Source: Chloroflexota bacterium
Lineage (GTDB): Bacteria > Chloroflexota > Dehalococcoidia > UBA2979
Assembly: GCA_027593235.1 (NCBI GenBank)
Contig: JAQCIU010000061.1
Coordinates: 1 to 12,122 of the forward strand
DNA: 12,122 nucleotides
Reading direction: 5' to 3'
Part shown: positions 7,413 through 12,122 of the stretch, one piece after another
How positions within the stretch are numbered: the first letter of the stretch is position 1
Layout: each line of letters opens with the position of its first letter
The notes under the pieces: generated by a model
Database searches by the model: none
Told to the model about the DNA's origin: nothing
The model's input: the letters and a program-made list of their open reading frames with translations, nothing else
Position numbers and translations under genes: made by a program

Positions 7413-8627
7413 ATGGACTCGTACCAGCACATGGTTGGCATCGATTGGGGTTCGCAGACGCACCAGGTCTGCCTCGTCTCGCCGCGACGCGCACCCGAGC
7501 AGCGTCAGTTCGCGCATCGTGCGGAGGGCCTCGCTGCACTCGTGGCCTGGTTGACCGAGTCGTGCGGTGACGTCGCGACCGTCGCCGTCGGGATCGAGGT
7601 ACCACACGGCGCGGTGGTCGAGACGCTGCTGGAGCACGGCTTCGCCGTCTACGCCATCAACCCGAAGCAGCTCGATCGCTTTCGTGACCGACACAGCGTG
7701 GCCGGTGCCAAGGACGACCGGCTCGACGCCTTCGTGCTGGCGGACGCGCTACGCACCGACCAGGAGAAGTTCAGACGACTCTCCGTCCCAGACGAGACGA
7801 CGCTGGCGCTGCGTGAGGTCTCGCGCTGCCACGACACGCTGAAGGCGGACCTCAACCGCCTCGCCAATCTCCTGCGCGAGCAGCTGCAGCGCTACTTCCC
7901 GCAGCTTCTCGAGCTGTGTCCGGCCGCCAACGAGCCCTGGCTCTGGGAGCTGCTCGAGGTCGCCGCCGATCCTGCACAGGCGGCGCGGCTGCCGAAACGG
8001 CGAGTGAGTGCCCTGCTCGCGCGACACCGCAAGCGCGCGGTGACCGCAGACGCCGTCCTGGCCGTGCTGCGACGCGAACCGCTGACACTCGCCCCCGGTT
8101 CGCTGGAAGCCGTGCTCTTTCACGTGTCGTCGCTACTGCCGCAGCTGCAGGCCACCCATGTCGAGCATCAACGCTGCCGACGCCGACTGGCGGAGCTGTG
8201 CCGGCAAGCGGGACGCACCGCCGAGATCGTGGACTCGCACCGCGGCGCAGACGTGATCGTCACGGCGAAGCTGCTCGCCGAGGCACCCCAGGCGCTCGCT
8301 GAGCTGGACCTACAGATGCTCCGCATCTTGGCCGGGACCGCGCCCGTCACCAGACAGAGCGGGAAGTCACATCGGGTCGTGATGCGCCGCGCCTGCAACA
8401 CGCGGCTGCGTGATGCAGTCCGGCACTGGGTTCGCTCGAACATGGCCAGCGACCCGTACGGTCGGTCGCTCTACCTGTCGATGCGTGCGCGCGGCCTCCG
8501 TCACGAGCGCGCACTGCGCGGCCTCGCCGACCGGCTGCTTGCCTGTCTCATCGCCACGCTCCGCAACGACGAGCTCTACGACTCGCAGCGACGTGCCCGC
8601 CGTGTCCCGGAAGCGCTCGCCGCTTGA
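7413..8627 (+). CDS. IS110-family transposase (DEDD RuvC-like bridge recombinase)
   Basis: GIDWG (D), GIEVP (E), INPKQL..FR, KDDRLDA (D,D); C-terminal Tnp domain APVTRQSGK with the catalytic Ser and R..CN.RLR. AGGAAAGG RBS. Confidence 0.95.
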   Translation: MDSYQHMVGIDWGSQTHQVCLVSPRRAPEQRQFAHRAEGLAALVAWLTESCGDVATVAVGIEVPHGAVVETLLEHGFAVYAINPKQLDRFRDRHSVAGAKDDRLDAFVLADALRTDQEKFRRLSVPDETTLALREVSRCHDTLKADLNRLANLLREQLQRYFPQLLELCPAANEPWLWELLEVAADPAQAARLPKRRVSALLARHRKRAVTADAVLAVLRREPLTLAPGSLEAVLFHVSSLLPQLQATHVEHQRCRRRLAELCRQAGRTAEIVDSHRGADVIVTAKLLAEAPQALAELDLQMLRILAGTAPVTRQSGKSHRVVMRRACNTRLRDAVRHWVRSNMASDPYGRSLYLSMRARGLRHERALRGLADRLLACLIATLRNDELYDSQRRARRVPEALAA

Positions 8628-8629
8628 CG
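8624..8629 (+). promoter_or_regulatory. -35 box of the IS110 circle-junction promoter (pairs with -10 TATACG at 7175-7180)
   Basis: TTGACG overlaps the transposase stop. Joining the ends through one CC gives TTGACG-AACGACCAAAGATGTCC(17)-TATACG. Confidence 0.75.
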
Positions 8630-8650
8630 AACGACCAAAGATGTCCCACA

Positions 8651-9082
8651 GGCGTTCACTTCCGACCACCCAAGACACGGAACGCACGAAGAACGATCGA
8701 ACTCTCGGCCGCGACGATCGCGCTACTGCGGAGCCATCGGCGAGCACAGCGGGAAGCTCGGTTGAGGCTTGGGCCGTCGTGGAGCGACGGTGGGCTGGTC
8801 TTCCCGTCGCTGGTCGGAACGCCGTGGCTCCCGCGCAACTTCTACCGCGGCTACAAGACGCTGGTGCTCCGGTCCGAGATCGCCAAGCCGGACGGAGTCG
8901 TGTGGCACACCCTGCGGCACACCGCTACGACCCACTGGATCAAAGCTGGAGCTGAACTCCATGTGGTGAGTCGCAGACTCGGCCATGCCTCTGCAGCGTT
9001 CACGATGGATACGTACGGGCACTTGTTGCCCGGCATGCAGCGCCAGGCGGCCGAGGCGTTCGATCATCTGATCGCGACGTAA
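8651..9082 (+). pseudogene. C-terminal fragment of the island's tyrosine integrase
   Basis: GVHFRPPKT...WHTLRHT...VSRRLGHASAAFTMDTYGH retains K, HxxR, H and Y. It lacks the first catalytic Arg and the arm/core-binding domains, and starts immediately after the IS-end ACA. Confidence 0.9.
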
Positions 9083-9343
9083 CACGAGGAGTTACGAGCG
9101 GGCGGGAACTCCACCGCGACCGCGCCGGCTTCCCTGAGGAGCGAAATACTCAGTGTGCGGTGTATGAGCAGCGCAGTTATTCGTGCGGGCTGGTGGTGAC
9201 GTCGTCGCCAGGACGCCCTGCGCCGAGTTCGCGCAGCCAAATCTCTCGGCGTGGCGCATCGGCGCGCCGGCTGAAGATCTCAGGGGCGAGAGCCGGAAGC
9301 CCGTTTGCTCGGTCCCAACTGCCAGCACGCCAGTCGTTGCGAG

Positions 9344-9370
9344 TAGATCCCCAGTTGATCCCCAATTGAT
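9344..9370. repeat. putative integrase arm-type sites, right end (11-bp period)
   Basis: TAGATCCCCAG, TTGATCCCCAA, TTGAT in tandem, ~60 bp from the att duplication; same unit as 326-347. Confidence 0.7.
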
Positions 9371-9432
9371 AGTTTTGCTGACCAATTGCGGTCGGGATCT
9401 GGTACGGAACAGACCGGAAACATTGGGAAACG

Positions 9433-9508
9433 TGGTAGCAGGGGGCGGATTCGAACCGCCGACCAAGGGCTTATGAATCCCCTGCTCTGGCCTCTGAGCT
9501 ACCCTGCC
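9433..9508 (-). tRNA. tRNA with CAU anticodon, most likely elongator tRNA-Met (Ile2 not excluded)
   Basis: 76 nt: GGCAGGG TA GCTC AGAGGCCA GAGC A GGGGA TTCATAA GCCCT TGGTC GGCGG TTCGAAT CCGCC CCCTGCT A CCA. Full cloverleaf with encoded CCA. The paired G1-U72 argues against an initiator tRNA. Confidence 0.95.
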
Positions 9509-9531
9509 ACGGCCCATGATTGCTGACTTTT

Positions 9532-10704
9532 CTAGCCTCCGGCCCCGGTCTCCACAACCCTCAAGGGGTTACGGGCGGGGTTACGCGGGCGAGTCGAGCG
9601 CGCACGAGCGGTCGCCATCTTATCGGCCGCTTCCCGCTTGATCGACTCCGCGAGGTGCCCGTACGTGTTTTTGGTCAGGTGAAAGTCCGCGTGCCCCACA
9701 ACGTCCTGGATGGTCGTCAGTGCCACGCCCTGCTCGAGCATGATGCTCACGGCGGTGTGGCGGAGGTCGTGGAACCGACGACGGGGGAGCCCAAGCCGTG
9801 CCAGTAGCCGCTGGAAGTCCTTGACGAGTGTCGTCGCGTGGATCGGCAGGCCACCCGGACGCGTGAAGACAAGATCGCGTTCGACGTAGTGCCGGCCGAT
9901 CTCGGCGCGCTCCCCATTCTGTCGCGTGCGGTGCCGGTGGAGCGCCTCCACAGCGGGTAGCGGCAGGGCGACGGCTCGACGCCCGGCCGCGGTCTTCGGC
10001 GCGATGAATAGCCACTCGCCGCCGATGCGCTGCAACTGATGCTCGACCTGCAGCCTGGACGCCTCGAGGTCAACGTCCCGCCAACGGAGGCCGAGCAACT
10101 CGCCCGAGCGCATGCCAGTCATCACGGCGAGCGTGTAGAGGGCCTCGAGCGGTTCTCCTTCCAGTGCGTCGAGCAGCCCCCACGCCTGGTCGGCGGTGAG
10201 TGGCTCGACGGTTCGGTCTGGGAGGGGTGCCGGCTCCACAAGAGCGGCCACGTTGCGCGTGACGAGTTCCCAGCGTTGAGCCTGCCCGAGCATGGCTCGC
10301 AGCACGGTCCGGATGTAGTTGACCGAGCGTGGGGCGAGTCCGGTGCTTTGGTCCATCAAGTCGCGCACGTCACGGGGGCTGATATCGCTGAGGCGTTGGT
10401 CGCCAAACGCCGGGAGCAAGTGTCGGCGGACGATCGCTTCCTGGCGCTTGTACGTCCCAGGCGCCCAGATCTTCCGCTTCGCCTGCAACCACTCATCGGC
10501 GAACGCGGCGAAGCGGGCATCGGTCCGGACGCCCGCCTGCAGTTCGCGGACGAGCTGGGCTCGCAGTCGGATCGCGTCGCGCTGGCTGACGGCCCGCCGG
10601 CGTCGCTTCCGCTGCCGACCGGTGGCGTCGATGAACGACACCTGGGCGACCCACCGATCGCCTTCTCGGTAAACCGATCCTTCGCTGTTCGCACGTCGCG
10701 CCAT
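9532..10704 (-). CDS. int: tyrosine recombinase / phage integrase (390 aa)
   Basis: N-terminal RRANSEGSVY...W arm-binding region; TGMRSGELLGLRW (R), PKT (K), FHDLRH, VGH and NTYGH (Y) all present. Confidence 0.95.
   Translation of the reverse strand: MARRANSEGSVYREGDRWVAQVSFIDATGRQRKRRRRAVSQRDAIRLRAQLVRELQAGVRTDARFAAFADEWLQAKRKIWAPGTYKRQEAIVRRHLLPAFGDQRLSDISPRDVRDLMDQSTGLAPRSVNYIRTVLRAMLGQAQRWELVTRNVAALVEPAPLPDRTVEPLTADQAWGLLDALEGEPLEALYTLAVMTGMRSGELLGLRWRDVDLEASRLQVEHQLQRIGGEWLFIAPKTAAGRRAVALPLPAVEALHRHRTRQNGERAEIGRHYVERDLVFTRPGGLPIHATTLVKDFQRLLARLGLPRRRFHDLRHTAVSIMLEQGVALTTIQDVVGHADFHLTKNTYGHLAESIKREAADKMATARARSTRPRNPARNPLRVVETGAGG
9565..9585. repeat. GGGGTTACG direct repeat (12-bp period), candidate arm-type sites within the int 3' end
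   Basis: GGGGTTACG at 9565-9573 and 9577-9585, 57-77 bp from the tRNA 5' end. Confidence 0.5.
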
Positions 10705-10760
10705 TTTGGTGCCCCCACCCCGGACGGTGACCGCCCACCGTCGATTCGCACTTTACGCGG

Positions 10761-10931
10761 TCATTCGCGCTCCACGAGCGCCCGCAGGTCGGTCGCTGTG
10801 ACGAGCCGGCGGCGCCCGATGCGGACCGACCTCAGGCTCCCGTCGCGGATCAACCGCTCGATGGTTTTGCGACTGACGGAGAGTTGCTCGGCCGCCTCGG
10901 ACAGGCCGTAGGTGATTCTCTCGGCTGTCAT
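10761..10931 (-). CDS. xis: excisionase-family HTH DNA-binding protein (56 aa)
   Basis: Manual translation MTAERITYGLSEAAEQLSVSRKTIERLIRDGSLRSVRIGRRRLVTATDLRALVERE*, a typical HTH_17/Xis pattern directly upstream of int. Below the ORF-track cutoff. Confidence 0.88.
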   Translation of the reverse strand: MTAERITYGLSEAAEQLSVSRKTIERLIRDGSLRSVRIGRRRLVTATDLRALVERE

Positions 10932-10963
10932 CGTTCACTCGCTCTCATGGTCCAGCAGGCCGC

Positions 10964-11506
10964 CTACGCGGCGCCGTATTGGCGCGCGATGGTGCGGTAA
11001 AAGCGGAGGGACTCCCGCTCGACATCGATGCCGTGGGCTGCCTTGATGCGCTCAGTACGGGTGCCGATCCCCGCGCCGCGGGCAACCGGTTCGACTGAAA
11101 TCACGTCGAGCGCCTTGAGGAATCGGACCGGCTGGTTTCGCCCTGCGCCAACTGGCCAAGTGCCGAAACTATGGTCCAGTACGCGGAAGACGTACGACCA
11201 CTCGGCGAGCTTCCCGAGATTCCTCACGGTCCGGAAGGCGGCGTCGCCGTGCGGCGTGTCGAGGAAGAACGAACCCTCGATGCGTACGAGCCTGCCGTCC
11301 TCGCGTAGGACCCCGCTGCCTACCGGCAGCGGGCCGCTCGCGTGGTTCCACGCGCCGACGAGGGCGCCGGCGCCGTTCTCGAAGGCTCCGGGCAGGGTCA
11401 CGTCGCCGTCGTGGTCGACGACGTTCAGCGTGGCGAAGACTGCCGTGAACTGGCCGCCGCTCCCTGCTTTGAGCTCCAGCGATAGCGACTTAGTTTCAAG
11501 GCTCAT
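10964..11506 (-). CDS. HK97-family phage prohead protease (~180 aa)
   Basis: FTAVFATLNVVDHDGDVTLPGAF, WNH (His), P.G, EWSY.F (Ser), ISVEPVARGA...T. ATG 11506 has an AAGGGG RBS. Confidence 0.85.
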   Translation of the reverse strand: MSLETKSLSLELKAGSGGQFTAVFATLNVVDHDGDVTLPGAFENGAGALVGAWNHASGPLPVGSGVLREDGRLVRIEGSFFLDTPHGDAAFRTVRNLGKLAEWSYVFRVLDHSFGTWPVGAGRNQPVRFLKALDVISVEPVARGAGIGTRTERIKAAHGIDVERESLRFYRTIARQYGAA

Positions 11507-11719
11507 GGTTGTACCCCTTCGTCGGGCAATGGCGCCTCGATGTCGAGGTCTCGCAGCAGTCGGTGGGCGCGGGTGTCGTCGAAAGGCCGTGTTGATCAGC
11601 TCCTCAGTGATGATTCGAGAGAGGGGGCCAACGTTGATTTGCAGGTCGGGCCGGCTTAGGGTGCCCGACGTGCCTGCCTCAATCGGGCCGAGGTCAAAGA
11701 CGATTTGCCCGGCGGCCAT
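11503..11719 (-). other. small 71-aa hypothetical ORF requiring a +1 shift at 11584-11579; unshifted it runs in frame into the protease
   Basis: ATG 11719 overlaps the terS stop (TAATG). After a +1 shift at GCC TTT CGA the frame reads FDDTRAHRLLRDLDIEAPLPDEGVQP* with its TGA overlapping the protease ATG (ATGA). Confidence 0.5.
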
Positions 11720-12122
11720 TAGTTGACCCTAAAGAGGTCGCGCGGATCGGGGCCGTCAGGCTTCATCTCGTAGACAGCACGAGGCGGCCGTTCGTCCTCG
11801 GGCCGCTTGAGGGCCGGCATGCGGAGCCGAGCGGCGGGGCTGAACCCGAGTTGCTGTGCGAGGCTGATCAAGAGCTGGCTCAGCTCGCGATGGCTCTTGT
11901 AGATCGGCGACTGCACCTGATTGCCGGTCGAGCCCTCGCTCACGAGGTCGTCGACGCTGTTGAGCTTCGCGTCGAGCTCGCGCCAGCGTGCGACGGCGCT
12001 GCACCAGGACTCGAGCAAGGGCAGATCGGCGGCGGTGACGAGCCCCTCGTCGTACGCCCACGGCATCACGCTCCGCCACGCGTCCAGCGTGGCGCCGGTC
12101 AGCGAGTCCGGGGGTTCCGGCT
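11719..12122 (-). CDS. terS: phage terminase small subunit, P27 family (5'-partial, frame open to window edge)
   Basis: PEPPDSLTGATLDAW...D..LLESWC......G.TGNQVQSP...LAQQLGFSPAARLRM matches the P27-type TerS pattern. Confidence 0.85.
   Translation of the reverse strand, partial: PEPPDSLTGATLDAWRSVMPWAYDEGLVTAADLPLLESWCSAVARWRELDAKLNSVDDLVSEGSTGNQVQSPIYKSHRELSQLLISLAQQLGFSPAARLRMPALKRPEDERPPRAVYEMKPDGPDPRDLFRVN

Larger units (their letters stand above)
7173..8646 (+). mobile_element. IS110-family insertion sequence with CC core at each junction
   Basis: DEDD recombinase gene, ~240-bp left non-coding end, 17-bp right end, no terminal IRs. Boundaries are fixed by four guide matches and the N17 junction promoter (cores 7173-7174 and 8645-8646). 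Confidence 0.9.
163..9478. mobile_element. tRNA-integrated genomic island (~9.3 kb) with a truncated integrase
   Basis: 47-bp direct repeat of the tRNA 3' end at both boundaries, shared 11-bp repeats inside both ends, and a tyrosine integrase fragment (8651-9082) near the intact tRNA. Confidence 0.88.
9509..12122 (-). mobile_element. end of a prophage remnant or phage-satellite-like element (terS-orf-protease-xis-int), continuing beyond the window
   Basis: Co-oriented terminase small subunit, prohead protease, excisionase and integrase, ending 23 bp from the tRNA 5' end. Confidence 0.75.

Noticed and set aside
8624-8650. TTG start at 8624 giving a 152-aa integrase CDS coupled to the transposase
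   Set aside because: The first 9 codons are IS110 right end and IS tip; the product lacks the first catalytic Arg and the binding domains.
326-9370. TTGATCCCCAA or FAS1 repeats as a CRISPR array
   Set aside because: Units are 11 bp without spacers, or are coding domain duplications; no cas genes.
2447-11726. Long antisense or alternative-frame ORFs (2447-3460 +, 4088-5170 -, 7068-7694 -, 10039-10911 +, 11028-11726 +) and N-terminal extensions to 3436, 4077 and 5632
   Set aside because: Shadow ORFs expected in GC-rich DNA, overlapping genes with clear motifs; better-supported starts lie downstream of the extensions.

Overview
GC-rich bacterial window built around a tRNA(CAU) gene (9433-9508, minus strand) with mobile DNA on both sides. 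(A) A ~9.3 kb genomic island (163-9478) is bounded by an exact 47-bp duplication of the tRNA 3' half and has matching 11-bp arm-type repeats inside both ends. Its cargo is a probable light/photo-oxidative-stress module: a B12-dependent CarH/LitR-type MerR regulator plus a TIGR01777 oxidoreductase, divergent from a two-FAS1 fasciclin gene (one internal amber stop) and an FAD-dependent oxidoreductase of the Rv0449c/UfaD type. The island's tyrosine integrase survives only as a C-terminal fragment abutting the end of an IS481-like (rve integrase-core) remnant. An intact IS110 element (7173-8646) sits inside the terminal inverted repeat of that remnant. Its left non-coding end holds a readable bridge RNA: two internal loops whose four guide segments match the reconstructed target (TTTTCGCGC-CC-CACAG) and donor (CAAAGATGT-CC-TATAC). 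Handshake-type bases and a circle-junction promoter (TTGACG-N17-TATACG) are also present. (B) Just 5' of the tRNA is the end of a phage-satellite-like element: intact tyrosine integrase, excisionase, HK97 prohead protease, a small frameshifted ORF and a P27-type terminase small subunit running off the window. All calls come from reading motifs by eye; no searches were run.
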